From Mycobacteriales bacterium (lineage in GTDB: Bacteria; Actinomycetota; Actinomycetes; Mycobacteriales; Mycobacteriaceae), in assembly GCA_038256175.1 (NCBI GenBank), contig JBBSKP010000001.1, forward strand, positions 15,657-79,656: 64,000 bases of DNA. The letters are read 5' to 3'. The position numbers were made by a program, and so were the translations under genes. Shown here piece after piece: positions 26,420-37,137 of this stretch (its first letter is position 1; each line of letters opens with the position of its first letter). The notes under the pieces were generated by a model, which made no database searches, was not told the origin of the DNA, and worked only from the letters and a program-made list of their open reading frames with translations.

Positions 26420-27517
26420 TTACCCGCGAGGGAACGGCCATGGATTGAACCGACACACCTTGCCGTCCATCGGGACGACGCCTGCAGGGTCGAGCGTGGC
26501 GATGTCGTTGTTCGCCGTTCCGAAGGTCTGCTGCATCATCACGGGCGCGAGGCCACCGTCCTGGTCGCAAGGCTGATGCTGCTCGTAGCCAATCGCGTGG
26601 CCCACTTCGTGGTTGATCTGGTACTGCCGGTAGGAACCGATATCGCCCTGGAACGCGACCGCCCCGCGAACCCAGCGCGGTTCGTTGAGCACGACACGGC
26701 CTACGCCCTGGTTATAGCAAGACGTATCGATCGGAATGTCGTATCCACACACCTGTCGCGTAGTCATCTGCGACGTCAGCGAGATACGAAAGTCGGGCTC
26801 CCCCTTGTCGATTCGTCGGAATGCGAATCGACCGTCTTTGGTCCAGCTCTTCGGGTTCGCGAGGGTCTGATCGACCATCGTCGCGAAGGATCCATCGCCA
26901 CCGAAACTCGCGGTGTCTGTCCCGTCTTCGATATCGACCGTGTAGGTGAAGGTCCGCTCTGCCCCTGCCCCGACTTGGTTGGTGCCACCGGGAACGACGT
27001 GCCAGGTACCGGGTCCAGCTTCGGCGAACGGACCGCCGTTCGGCAACGCGCCCGTCGGTGTATTCGCGGCGAAGTTTCCGTCGCCCTGGGGTGGCACACC
27101 GATAACGCCCGTTCCGTGCGAGTCCCTGCTCAATGCGCCGAACCCGGGGTCGGACAGCGGATCCTTCGAAGCGGCGCCTGAACTGCGCACAGCATCGACG
27201 ATCACCAGCACCGTCACGACGAGCAGGATCGGAATCGCATATGCGCGCCAGCCGTAGGCGGACACGAACCTGCCCACGCGGCTCTGCTTCTTTGTCCGAC
27301 GTTCCGGCCGCGGTGGGCGAACCCTGGTGTCGTCGCGACTCGTCGGATCCCACTGCGCGCGTAGCGGCTGGTGCGAACGATCCGAACCGAGCCGGACCCG
27401 CGGGTCCTCGGCACCCCAATGCGGTTCGGTGTCATCGTCACGGTCGTCGAAAGGCGAAGGCGCTTGCGGGTCGGACGACGATCGTCGCCTCAACCGCGGT
27501 CCACCCTGGTAACTCAC
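26420..27517 (-). CDS. DUF3152-family membrane-anchored putative zinc metalloprotease (Rv3207c-like)
   Basis: 365-aa ORF with a charged N-terminus, one TM segment (AYAIPILLVVTVLVIV) and HExxH in QINHEVGHAIGYEQH. Confidence 0.7.
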   Translation of the reverse strand: MSYQGGPRLRRRSSSDPQAPSPFDDRDDDTEPHWGAEDPRVRLGSDRSHQPLRAQWDPTSRDDTRVRPPRPERRTKKQSRVGRFVSAYGWRAYAIPILLVVTVLVIVDAVRSSGAASKDPLSDPGFGALSRDSHGTGVIGVPPQGDGNFAANTPTGALPNGGPFAEAGPGTWHVVPGGTNQVGAGAERTFTYTVDIEDGTDTASFGGDGSFATMVDQTLANPKSWTKDGRFAFRRIDKGEPDFRISLTSQMTTRQVCGYDIPIDTSCYNQGVGRVVLNEPRWVRGAVAFQGDIGSYRQYQINHEVGHAIGYEQHQPCDQDGGLAPVMMQQTFGTANNDIATLDPAGVVPMDGKVCRFNPWPFPRG

Positions 27518-27620
27518 GTGTTCAGGTTCTCACAGTCTGCATCCGGACTCTTCTTCCCGCGCCGACCTCGACGTGGCCTCGGCGCACTGCACTCGATCCG
27601 CGAGGCCTACCGGAGGGTAG

Positions 27621-28328
<708 letters not shown>

Positions 28329-28334
28329 CGGACA

Positions 28335-28379
28335 TCAAATAACGGCCCGTCAAATAACGGCCCGTCAAATAACGGCGAA
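28335..28379. repeat. 15-bp tandem repeat x3 (tcaaataacggcccg)
   Basis: Copies at 28335..28349, 28350..28364 and 28365..28379 (last as tcaaataacggcgaa). The third copy is the stop codon and last codons of the DUF3107 gene. Confidence 0.85.
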
Positions 28380-28613
28380 GCCCACCTTGCCGCCGGTGGT
28401 CGGGCCGATTTCGATGTAGGAAACCTTCGCCGCCTGGATGAGGTACTTGCGACCCTTCTCATCTGTCAGCGCAATGACTCCGCCGTTCTCGCCGCCGAGA
28501 GCGCCGGTAACGATGGTCTCCACCTCAGCGGGCGTCTGGTCGCTGCTCACTATGAGCTCGCGCGGGCTATCCGAAATACCGATCTTGACCTCCACGGTCA
28601 ACCTCCGCGTCAT
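28365..28613 (-). CDS. DUF3107-family small protein (TB9.4/Rv3208A-like)
   Basis: 82-aa ORF, VEVKIGISDSPRELIV...KGRKYLIQAAKVSYIEIG. GTG 28595 (VEVKIGI) is the more family-typical start. Confidence 0.75.
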   Translation of the reverse strand: MTRRLTVEVKIGISDSPRELIVSSDQTPAEVETIVTGALGGENGGVIALTDEKGRKYLIQAAKVSYIEIGPTTGGKVGFAVI

Positions 28614-28718
28614 TCAGGCAATACTTTGTCATCAAGGGTCGTTTGCAAGGCTAGTGCAGCGCCGTAGTCGGGGCCCCCAGCGCTGCTGTGCTGTCAGCGA
28701 ACATCGGCGAGCAGCCGC

Positions 28719-29444
28719 TCAGACCAGCCCGAGAACGGCCATGCGCTCCGAATGGCTCTCTTGCATCCGCTCGAACAGCGCGACGATGTTGTTCAGCGTT
28801 CCCGTCGCCGTGATCACCAACTCGGTCAGGTCGTCGCGCTGCGCCATCACGTACTGGGCCTGCGTGATCGCCTCGCCGAGCAGCCTGCGACCCCACAACA
28901 TCAACCGATCCTTGTCCTGCCGACTCGCCGCGACAGCCGACCGCACCTCGTCGACGACAAATTCGGAGTGCCCCGTCTCGGCCAGCACATCGCGGACGAT
29001 CTCGGCGATCTCGGGATCGAGCGCGCCGGCGATCTCGCGATAGAAGTCAGCGGCAATTCCGTCGCCGACGTACATCTTCACCATCGATTCCAGCCACGTC
29101 GAGGGGCTGGTCGACGCGTGGTACGCATCGAGAGCACGCACGAACGGAGCCATTGCGTCGAAAATATCGACACCGCGCTCCGACAGCGCCCGCTCGAGTG
29201 TTTTGAAGTGATTCATTTCCGAGGCAGCCATTTTCGCGACTGCGACCTTGCCTTTGAGGCTCGGCGACAGCTGCGCTTCTTCGGCCAAACGATAGAAAGC
29301 CGAAATTTCTCCGTAGGCAAGAACGGCGAACAACTCCGCGACGCCGGGGTGATCAGGTGCGATGGACGGTGTCAGCGACACGGACGAATTGGCTGCCATA
29401 GTCGCTAAGCCTAACGGTAAATCGGAGGGAGGCGCGGGTCGCAT
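28719..29444 (-). CDS. ferritin-like fold protein (Rv3210c-like)
   Basis: 241-aa helical ORF with di-iron-like E/H spacing (YGEISAFY...EMNHF...EIVRDVLAETGHSEF). ATG 29399 (MAANSS...) is an alternative start. Confidence 0.65.
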   Translation of the reverse strand: MRPAPPSDLPLGLATMAANSSVSLTPSIAPDHPGVAELFAVLAYGEISAFYRLAEEAQLSPSLKGKVAVAKMAASEMNHFKTLERALSERGVDIFDAMAPFVRALDAYHASTSPSTWLESMVKMYVGDGIAADFYREIAGALDPEIAEIVRDVLAETGHSEFVVDEVRSAVAASRQDKDRLMLWGRRLLGEAITQAQYVMAQRDDLTELVITATGTLNNIVALFERMQESHSERMAVLGLV

Positions 29445-29716
29445 TTCCTCGGCCGACCAGCGGCATTGTCGCGTCCGATTCCACCATTTGGACTAAGCAA
29501 GTTACCATTGATATGGGCAACCGGCAGTAACCGTATTTCGGGGTGAACAACACATCGCGGATGCCCACAGATAATGTGCGCGCACCTGATCCGAGTCGCG
29601 ACTGCGCTTCGCCGAAATCTCAACGATTTCCGCGCTGAGGCCGGCAGCGAAATCACACCGGGTTCGAGGGCAACGACAGCGGTCGACTTACGACCTGGCC
29701 CACACCTCGTGCGCGC

Positions 29717-31426
29717 GTGCTGACGAGGAAGGCCAGACCCCTGAGCAAGATCACCGTCGACCAGGAACCCGGCGTAGCCGAGACGTTCCTGGACGCAACA
29801 CTTGATGAAACACATATCCCTCCTACGTTCGCTGAGCTGGGCGTTCGCGAAGAAATCGTGCGCGCACTCAACGAGCACGGCATCGAACGCACCTTCGCGA
29901 TCCAGGAATTGACGCTTCCGCTGGCATTGGCAGGCGACGACATCATCGGCCAGGCCCGTACCGGCATGGGCAAGACCTTCGGCTTCGGCGTTCCGTTACT
30001 ACATCGCATCTCCACCGGCGACACGGGCACCGCGGCGCTCGATGGCACTCCCCGCGCCTTGATCATCGTTCCGACCCGGGAACTGTGCATCCAGGTCAGC
30101 TCCGACCTCGAGAACGCCGGCAAGTACCTGAAGAACCACCAGGGCAAGCTGAAGGTTCTTTCGATCTACGGCGGCCGTCCGTACGAGTCGCAGATCGAGG
30201 CCCTCAAGGTCGGCGTCGACGTCGTGGTCGGGACACCCGGTCGGCTGCTCGACCTGGCCAAACAAGGCCACCTCATCCTCGGCAAGATCGGCGTCCTCGT
30301 TCTCGACGAGGCCGACGAGATGCTCGACCTGGGCTTCCTGCCAGACATCGAACGCATCCTCAGCATGGTCCCGGACCGTCGTCAGACGATGCTGTTCTCG
30401 GCAACCATGCCGGGTCCGATCATCACCCTCGCCCGCACATTCCTCACCCAGCCCACGCATATCCGGGCCGAGGAAGCGCACTCGTCGTCGGTGCACGAGA
30501 GCACGACGCAGGTCGTATACCGGGCGCACGCGCTCGACAAGGCGGAGATGATCGCCAGGCTTCTGCAGGCGCGTGGCCGCGGCGCAACGATGATCTTCAC
30601 GCGCACCAAGCGCACCGCCCAGAAGGTTGCCGACGACCTCGCCGAGCGCGGATTCGCCGTCGGCGCCGTGCACGGCGATCTCGGCCAGGTTGCCCGTGAA
30701 AAGGCACTCGGCTCGTTCCGCAAGGGCAAGATCGATGTGCTCGTCGCCACCGACGTCGCCGCACGCGGTATCGACATCGACGATGTCACCCACGTCGTCA
30801 ACTACCAGTGCCCCGAGGACGAGAAGACCTACGTGCACCGGATCGGCCGCACAGGCCGGGCAGGACGCACCGGCATCGCGGTGACACTCGTCGACTGGGA
30901 CGACATCCCGCGCTGGCAGCTCATCGACAAGGCGCTGGGCCTCGACAACCCGGATCCGACGGAGACGTACTCCAGCTCGCCGCACTTCTTCGAAGAACTC
31001 GACATCCCCACCGACGTCAAGGGCACGGTCCGCAAGGCGAGGCCGGCAGCCGAGCCCGCCGACGCCAGTGCTTCCAAGACCTCCGACACCAAGGCTTCGG
31101 GGACCAAGGCTTCGGGGACCAAGGCTTCGGGGACCAAGACCGCCGAGCCGCGCACCGACGACGACAAGCCCGTCGCCGAGCGCCGCAAACGCAACCGCAG
31201 CCGCGCCCGGACTCGCGCAGGCAAGCCGATCACCGGCGACGTCGAGCAGGCCCCGCAGACCGCACAGCCCTCGACCGAGCCCGCATCGGAACCCGCAACG
31301 ACTTCGGCAACTGCCGAATCGACCACGGGTGACGCACCGGCTCGCCGACGGCGCCGACGCAGGAAGCCCGCAGCCGCGGGTGCCGAGGCTCCCGCTACCG
31401 CCACCGCTTCGGCAGCTGCGGAGTAA
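29717..31426 (+). CDS. rhlE: DEAD-box ATP-dependent RNA helicase with basic low-complexity C-terminal tail
   Basis: 569-aa ORF with AQARTGMGKT, PTRELCIQV, VLDEADEML, SATMP and HRIGRTGRAG. A ~270-bp leader precedes it. Confidence 0.9.
   Translation: MLTRKARPLSKITVDQEPGVAETFLDATLDETHIPPTFAELGVREEIVRALNEHGIERTFAIQELTLPLALAGDDIIGQARTGMGKTFGFGVPLLHRISTGDTGTAALDGTPRALIIVPTRELCIQVSSDLENAGKYLKNHQGKLKVLSIYGGRPYESQIEALKVGVDVVVGTPGRLLDLAKQGHLILGKIGVLVLDEADEMLDLGFLPDIERILSMVPDRRQTMLFSATMPGPIITLARTFLTQPTHIRAEEAHSSSVHESTTQVVYRAHALDKAEMIARLLQARGRGATMIFTRTKRTAQKVADDLAERGFAVGAVHGDLGQVAREKALGSFRKGKIDVLVATDVAARGIDIDDVTHVVNYQCPEDEKTYVHRIGRTGRAGRTGIAVTLVDWDDIPRWQLIDKALGLDNPDPTETYSSSPHFFEELDIPTDVKGTVRKARPAAEPADASASKTSDTKASGTKASGTKASGTKTAEPRTDDDKPVAERRKRNRSRARTRAGKPITGDVEQAPQTAQPSTEPASEPATTSATAESTTGDAPARRRRRRRKPAAAGAEAPATATASAAAE
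31088..31138 (+). repeat. in-frame 15-bp tandem repeat (accaaggcttcgggg) x3.4 inside the rhlE tail
   Basis: Three identical units plus a partial one encode TKASGTKASGTKASGTK. Confidence 0.85.
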
Positions 31427-31435
31427 CCTGCCACC

Positions 31436-32656
31436 GTGCAGGCCCCTGAACGACGCAGTCGCGCCGACCTACTCGTGGCCGCTGCCATTGTGGTGTCGAT
31501 CGTCGTTGCCGCAGCTGTGATCTGGCTGCGCAGCGACGCTCGCGGCACGACATCCATCACGGCAACCGTGCCCGCAGTGGCACCCCAGACGGCGCTGGCC
31601 GTCCCGGACGAGCTGACCGAACTCTGGCACGCCGACAACTCCGTCGGTGCCGCACCGCTGACTGCAGGCGGTGCGGTGGTCACCGCTGCGGGCGGCACCG
31701 TCACCGGTCGCGATGCCGTCAGCGGGAACGAGATCTGGCGCTACCAACGCGACATGCCGCTGTGCGGTGTCATCAGCGCGTGGGGAACAGCGGTCGCGGT
31801 GTATCGGGACCGTCGCGGCTGCAGCCAGGTCACCGAGCTCGCCGGTGCCGACGGCAGCCGCCGCGCAGACCGGTCCAGCGACGCCGACGACACCGTGCAC
31901 CTCAGCTCCGACGGGACCTACGTCCTGACGCAGGGTCCGACGCGGCTGGAGATGTGGCGTTCGGATCTTGTCCGCACCGTCGAGTACGGCCGCATCGACG
32001 CCCCGGTCAATCCGAAGGCCCAACCTCGCGAGGGCTGCGCACTGAACTCGGCGGTGTCGAGCAGCACGCGGCTTTCCGTCCTGGAACGATGCCCCGGCGA
32101 GGACGCGGACCGCCTCACCATCTTGAATCCAGCGCCGAAAGACAGCCAGAAGCCGGAGGAGTACGGCTCGACTGTGCTCGCCGAACTTGCCCCGGGACAC
32201 CCTGGTGCCCGTGTGCTCGCGGTAGCGGGTGATCGAACCGCCGTCTATCTTCCCGGCGATAACGGGGCAAGCAAACCGAGTATCGGCGTTTTCGACGCTA
32301 CTGCGAATGCCATTGCCCAATACCCACTTTCGGCGCGACTAGCACCGGATGCACGTGTCGCACGCGTCGGCGCCGGGTACGGCGTATGGACCGGGTCGCA
32401 ACTGATCATGCTCGGTTCCAACGACCTCGCGCCGCTCTGGACGGTTGCCGGCGCACTCGGTCCGGGTACCCAGATGGCCGGTCGCACCCTGGTGCCTGTC
32501 GCTGGGGCGATCGCAGTCCTCGATCCGGGCACCGGTACCGAAACCGGGCGAATCCCCGTCCAACGCGACGCCGCGACCGCCGGTCCGATCACGCTGTCGG
32601 TGATCGGCGACGTCGTGCTCGAGCAGCGTGGCGACGAACTGGTCGCGCTGCGCTGA
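31436..32656 (+). CDS. Rv3212-family membrane-anchored Ala/Val-rich protein (beta-propeller-like)
   Basis: 406-aa ORF with N-terminal TM segment LLVAAAIVVSIVVAAAVIW. Position after rhlE as in mycobacteria. Confidence 0.65.
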   Translation: MQAPERRSRADLLVAAAIVVSIVVAAAVIWLRSDARGTTSITATVPAVAPQTALAVPDELTELWHADNSVGAAPLTAGGAVVTAAGGTVTGRDAVSGNEIWRYQRDMPLCGVISAWGTAVAVYRDRRGCSQVTELAGADGSRRADRSSDADDTVHLSSDGTYVLTQGPTRLEMWRSDLVRTVEYGRIDAPVNPKAQPREGCALNSAVSSSTRLSVLERCPGEDADRLTILNPAPKDSQKPEEYGSTVLAELAPGHPGARVLAVAGDRTAVYLPGDNGASKPSIGVFDATANAIAQYPLSARLAPDARVARVGAGYGVWTGSQLIMLGSNDLAPLWTVAGALGPGTQMAGRTLVPVAGAIAVLDPGTGTETGRIPVQRDAATAGPITLSVIGDVVLEQRGDELVALR

Positions 32657-32679
32657 GCACGTCGGCATATTGTCGAGCG

Positions 32680-33507
32680 ATGGCGAACTATGTAGTGACC
32701 GGCGCGGCATCCGGCATCGGTGCCGCGACCGTCGCGCAGCTGACCGCTGCGGACCACACTGTCGTGGGAATCGACGTGCACAACGCGGACATCACCGCGG
32801 ACCTCAGCACCGAATCAGGACGCGCCGACGCCGTTGCGGCCGCGACGCAGGCCTGCGGGGGCGTGATCGACGGCGTTGTCTGCTGCGCCGGCCTCGGCCC
32901 CCTTGCGGCGCACGCGGGCGGAAAGTTAGTCGCAGTCAACTATTTCGGCACGACCGCGCTCCTGCAGGGCCTGCTTCCTGCGCTTCAGCGGTCGAAAAAT
33001 GCTGCGGCGGTGGCAATATCGTCGAGTAGTACGTCCACGCAGCCCGGCATCCCGATGGATCTCGTCGCGGCCTGCATCGAGGGCCGCGAAACCGACGCGA
33101 TCGCACTCGGTGATACGGCCGGCGCGATCGCGGCGTACCCGGCATCGAAGCTGGCGTTGGCCTGGTGGATCCGACGCGAAGCCGTCAGCCCCGCTTGGAT
33201 CGGCGCCGGCGTGCGGCTCAACGCGATCGCGCCCGGCATGATCGACACGCCCATGACGTCCGGCCCCGATGTCGACCCCAACCTGGCGAAGGCGCTCGAC
33301 CTCTACCCGATCCCGATGGGCCGACCCGGGCGGGCCGACGAGGTAGCAGCCCTCGCCGAGTTCCTGCTCGGGCCCGGCGCGACACTGTTCTGCGGGAGCG
33401 TGGTCTTTGCCGATGGCGGCACCGATGCCATTCTGCGCCAAGCAGATTGGCCGGCACCATGGAACCCGAGCAACGAGGAACTCGCGCGCGCCTTCGGGTT
33501 CAGCTGA
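32680..33507 (+). CDS. SDR-family oxidoreductase
   Basis: Start trimmed to ATG 32680 (MANYVVTGAASGIGAATV = TGxxxGxG), with YPASK catalytic Tyr/Lys. The upstream part of the track ORF overlaps the previous gene. Confidence 0.8.
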   Translation: MANYVVTGAASGIGAATVAQLTAADHTVVGIDVHNADITADLSTESGRADAVAAATQACGGVIDGVVCCAGLGPLAAHAGGKLVAVNYFGTTALLQGLLPALQRSKNAAAVAISSSSTSTQPGIPMDLVAACIEGRETDAIALGDTAGAIAAYPASKLALAWWIRREAVSPAWIGAGVRLNAIAPGMIDTPMTSGPDVDPNLAKALDLYPIPMGRPGRADEVAALAEFLLGPGATLFCGSVVFADGGTDAILRQADWPAPWNPSNEELARAFGFS

Positions 33508-33522
33508 CCATATCGACGGACA

Positions 33523-34323
33523 TCACGCTGTCGCGCTTGTAGCGAAGATCGCCAGATCTTCCCCGCCCCACCAATACCCGGAGAGGCTCTCGGCCAGCTC
33601 GCGATACGCCTCGGCACCCTTGTTCTTGCGACCCGCGAGCACGGTCGCACCGGACGCCGTCGCCTCGGCGAATTTGACTGTCCGCGGAATTGCGGGCGAC
33701 AGAACCGGCAAGCCGTAGCGGTCCGACACATCAGCAAGGACGTCACGGGAGTGTGTGGTGCGCGAGTCGTACAGCGTCGGGAGCGCGCCGAGCAACTTCA
33801 GGTCAGGGTTGGTGATCTGCTGGACCTCACGAACAGTGCGCAGCAACTGCCCGACGCCACGATGCGCCAACGTCTCGCACTGCAGCGGCACCAGTACGGC
33901 GTCGGCGGCGGTGAGTCCGTTCAGCGTCATGATTCCGAGCGACGGCGGGCAGTCGATGATGATGACGTCGTACTCGTCGCGCAGCGGAGCGAGCGCACGC
34001 TTGAGCGCGAATTCGCGACCGGGTCGCATCAGCAGCAGCGCGTCTGCACCGGCAAGGTCGATGGTCGCAGGTAGCAGATCGACACCGTCGGCGGTGCTGA
34101 GCAACACCTCTTTCGCATGCACGTCGCTCGTCAGTACGTCGTAGATCGACGAGTCGAGCTTGTCCGGATTGTGCCCGAGGGAGAAGGTCAAACAACCTTG
34201 CGGATCAAGATCGACTACAAGCACTCGCTGGTCACGGGCTGCGAGCGCCGCACCTAGCGAGGCAACCGTCGTGGTCTTCGCGACCCCACCCTTTTGATTT
34301 GCTACTGCGAGAACCGTTGTCAC
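33523..34323 (-). CDS. ParA/Soj-family ATPase (Rv3213c-like)
   Basis: Deviant Walker A VANQKGGVAKTTT. Start set to GTG 34323, preceded by GGAAGGA. The track start 34467 would leave no promoter space before the divergent gene. Confidence 0.85.
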   Translation of the reverse strand: MTTVLAVANQKGGVAKTTTVASLGAALAARDQRVLVVDLDPQGCLTFSLGHNPDKLDSSIYDVLTSDVHAKEVLLSTADGVDLLPATIDLAGADALLLMRPGREFALKRALAPLRDEYDVIIIDCPPSLGIMTLNGLTAADAVLVPLQCETLAHRGVGQLLRTVREVQQITNPDLKLLGALPTLYDSRTTHSRDVLADVSDRYGLPVLSPAIPRTVKFAEATASGATVLAGRKNKGAEAYRELAESLSGYWWGGEDLAIFATSATA

Positions 34324-34467
34324 GGCACCGATCCTTCCGCAATTCTTTGAATCCGGCGAGTATTTGCTGGTAGCTAGCACTGTGTGAGCAGAAGACCCAC
34401 TTGTCCCCGACGATCTACTCAGCTCCCGAAGGGCGACCGTGCAACCATCGCACGGCATGATTAGCAC

Positions 34468-35064
34468 ATGAACGCGCCCGACGCTCGACTAGTGCTGATT
34501 CGACACGGCGAGACCGAGTGGTCGAAGTCCGGACAGCACACATCACGCGCCGATATTCCGCTCACCGAAGTCGGTGAGGCACAGGCGCGAGACATCGGTC
34601 CGTTGCTCGCCGGCCTCCAGTTGCGGCACCCGATGGTCATCACAAGTCCGCGGCAGCGCGCCACTCGAACGGCCGAACTGGCGGGATTGACGGCCGACCG
34701 GACGTGGGACGACCTCGTCGAGTGGGACTACGGAAACTACGAGGGCCGCACCACGGTCGAAATCCGGGAGAACGTGCCGCACTGGACCGTATGGAGCCAT
34801 CCGTGCCCGGGCGGAGAGTCGATGGAGGCTGTGCAGTCGCGTGCGGACACCGTCCTGTCCGTCGTGATTCCGCAACTGGCCGATCGGGATGTCGTCTTGG
34901 TCGGCCACGGTCATTTCAGTCGCGTCCTGATCGCGCGGTGGGCGGACCTGCCGGTAGTCGAGGGACGCCGGTTCGCGATGTCGGCGGGATCGATCAGCAC
35001 ACTCGGCTACGAGCACGGGGTGCCGCAGGTGGTCACACTGAACGAGTCCCGAGGACACGCGTGA
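34468..35064 (+). CDS. histidine phosphatase family protein (Gpm2/Rv3214-like)
   Basis: 198-aa ORF with LIRHGETEWS (RHG motif) and a downstream GHGHF. Confidence 0.85.
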   Translation: MNAPDARLVLIRHGETEWSKSGQHTSRADIPLTEVGEAQARDIGPLLAGLQLRHPMVITSPRQRATRTAELAGLTADRTWDDLVEWDYGNYEGRTTVEIRENVPHWTVWSHPCPGGESMEAVQSRADTVLSVVIPQLADRDVVLVGHGHFSRVLIARWADLPVVEGRRFAMSAGSISTLGYEHGVPQVVTLNESRGHA

Positions 35065-35543
35065 TTCGCCGCGCCGCTACCGACGACGTCCCAGCCATTG
35101 TCGGACTGATCTACGAGCTGGCCGAATACGAGAAGGCGCGCGACGAGTGCCACGTGACCGATGGGCAGTTGCACACGGCGCTGTTCGGACCGAACCCGGC
35201 ACTGCATGCTCATGTAGTCGAAGTCGACGGCGAAATTATCGGCACCGCCGTCTGGTTTCTGAACTACTCGACCTGGGACGGCGTCCACGGGATCTACCTC
35301 GAAGACCTCTACGTCACGCCGGGTCAACGCGGTTCCGGACACGGAAAGGCACTGCTTGCCGCCCTCGCCCGTGAATGCGTCGACAACAACTACAGCCGCC
35401 TGAGCTGGGCAGTCCTGAATTGGAACGCACCGTCGATCGCGTTCTATGACTCACTCGGCGCCGCACCACAGGACGAGTGGACGACCTATCGCCTCTCGGG
35501 CACGGAACTCACAGACCTGGCGGGCGAGGTTCCCCTCCTCTAG
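35061..35543 (+). CDS. GNAT-family N-acetyltransferase
   Basis: Start GTG 35061 overlaps the upstream TGA (GTGA). Acetyl-CoA motif TPGQRGSGHGKALLAAL. Confidence 0.85.
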   Translation: MIRRAATDDVPAIVGLIYELAEYEKARDECHVTDGQLHTALFGPNPALHAHVVEVDGEIIGTAVWFLNYSTWDGVHGIYLEDLYVTPGQRGSGHGKALLAALARECVDNNYSRLSWAVLNWNAPSIAFYDSLGAAPQDEWTTYRLSGTELTDLAGEVPLL

Positions 35544-35553
35544 TACACGTCAG

Positions 35554-35964
35554 CTAAGCCTCGCCATACTCCTGCGCCATCCATCGAGTGGCCGGCCCGG
35601 AGAAGAGCAGCACGAGCACCGCGACAACAACGGTGCCGAGCAGGATTCCGAACAGCGGCTGGTGCGAATCGGTCAGCATCGCCCACGTCACAGGTAGAAG
35701 CAACACCTGGGCAACGATCGCGATCGCGCGTCCCCATCGCCGCCCGGTTACCAGCGCGACGCCGCCGGCCAAGACCGCACCACCGAGGATCAGAAACCAG
35801 ATCGCTGTGCCGTATCCGCTGGTCTGAGACTGATCGTGGCCGGTCACACCACGCACCACCAGCACGAGAGCGACGACAACCGCGATCGCGCCTTGGAGCG
35901 CGACAAGTATGCCGGCCCAACGGACCGCCTTGGGTGTCTGCCTAGTGGCAGTGGGCTTCGGCAC
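35554..35964 (-). CDS. small integral membrane protein (Rv3217c-like)
   Basis: 136-aa ORF with four hydrophobic segments. No functional motif recognised. Confidence 0.6.
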   Translation of the reverse strand: MPKPTATRQTPKAVRWAGILVALQGAIAVVVALVLVVRGVTGHDQSQTSGYGTAIWFLILGGAVLAGGVALVTGRRWGRAIAIVAQVLLLPVTWAMLTDSHQPLFGILLGTVVVAVLVLLFSGPATRWMAQEYGEA

Positions 35965-36009
35965 CGCACCAGCCTATAAGTCGGCACAGTCGCAGTAAGC
36001 TCATGCCCC

Positions 36010-36996
36010 GTGCGTGCACTTCTGATCGTCAATCCCAATGCCACCTCCACAACACCGGCGGCACGCGATCTTGTCGCGCACGCTTTGGAGAGCCAGGTCA
36101 AGCTCACCGTCGCGCATACGACCCATCGGGGTCATGCCGCGGAGCTCTCCCACCAGGCCGCCGCCGAGGGAATCGAGTTGATCGTCGTTCACGGCGGCGA
36201 CGGCACCGTGAACGAAGCGATCAACGGATTTTTGGGCAAGCCCAACTTCGGATTGTCCGAACATGCGCCGACGGGCTGGACTCCACAGATCGCTGTACTG
36301 CCCGGCGGTTCCGCCAACGTCTTCGCCCGCTCGCTCGGGATCGCGGCCGACCCCGTCGTGGCAACCAATCAGCTGATCGATCTGCTGAGCGCGAACGTCC
36401 GCAGACGCATCGGACTCGGCTACGCGGACGATCGCTGGTTCACCTTCAATGCCGGGATGGGACTCGACGCGCAGGTGTGCGAAGCAATCGACTCCAAGCG
36501 CAACGACGGCCTGACCGCGACTCCATCCCGATACGTGCGCACGGCCGTCCGTGCGTTCTTCCGGAACAAGCGCAACGACCCCCGGCTCACCGTCGAGACA
36601 TCGGGGCGCGCGGATGACCCCGACAGCACGACGACGGTCGACGGCATCCATTACGCCTTCGTTTCGAATTCGAGTCCGTGGACCTACTTCAACGACCGCG
36701 CTGTGCACACCAATCCCGGCACCTCGTTCGATGCCGGCCTCGGTGTCTTCGCAATGGCCTCGACGAGCCTGTTCACCACTTTGCGAGTGTCACGCCATCT
36801 CCTTGCAGCAGGCGCAGACCCGAAGTCACGCAAGCTATTTCGCGACGACGACGTCCAGCAGGTGCGTATTCGCGCGACACATCCGATCGAATTGCAGATG
36901 GACGGGGACTACATCGGCCTGCGCGACGACGTCGTTTTCAGGTCCGTCCCCGAGGCGCTCGAAGTGGTTGCACCAGCGGTGGCCGCGGAGATCTGA
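36010..36996 (+). CDS. diacylglycerol-kinase-family lipid kinase (Rv3218-like)
   Basis: 328-aa ORF, LLIVNPNA...VVHGGDGTVNEAINGF (GGDGT motif). Confidence 0.85.
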   Translation: MRALLIVNPNATSTTPAARDLVAHALESQVKLTVAHTTHRGHAAELSHQAAAEGIELIVVHGGDGTVNEAINGFLGKPNFGLSEHAPTGWTPQIAVLPGGSANVFARSLGIAADPVVATNQLIDLLSANVRRRIGLGYADDRWFTFNAGMGLDAQVCEAIDSKRNDGLTATPSRYVRTAVRAFFRNKRNDPRLTVETSGRADDPDSTTTVDGIHYAFVSNSSPWTYFNDRAVHTNPGTSFDAGLGVFAMASTSLFTTLRVSRHLLAAGADPKSRKLFRDDDVQQVRIRATHPIELQMDGDYIGLRDDVVFRSVPEALEVVAPAVAAEI

Positions 36997-37075
36997 ATCG
37001 GTCAAATCCTGCCGTTATGGTGCGAAAACGCCGTTAGCGGAGTACAAAGGACTGCGGTGTTCGATGAGTGAGCCG

Positions 37076-37097
37076 CACAGTGAGGTTCCCCACTGTG
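37076..37097 (+). promoter_or_regulatory. candidate CRP-family site 1 upstream of whiB1
   Basis: CACAGTGAggttccCCACTGTG, a 7-bp inverted repeat containing GTGA-n6-CCAC. It lies ~140 nt upstream of the whiB1 ATG. Confidence 0.45.
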
Positions 37098-37137
37098 CGC
37101 AGAATTCCTATTGACATATCTCTAGTTCGTGAAAGCA

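Noticed and set aside
29445-29716. Possible small RNA, riboswitch or mini-ORF in the 270-bp rhlE leader
   Set aside because: I recognise no known riboswitch consensus and saw no convincing terminator or conserved structure. The 25-codon ORF there lacks an RBS.
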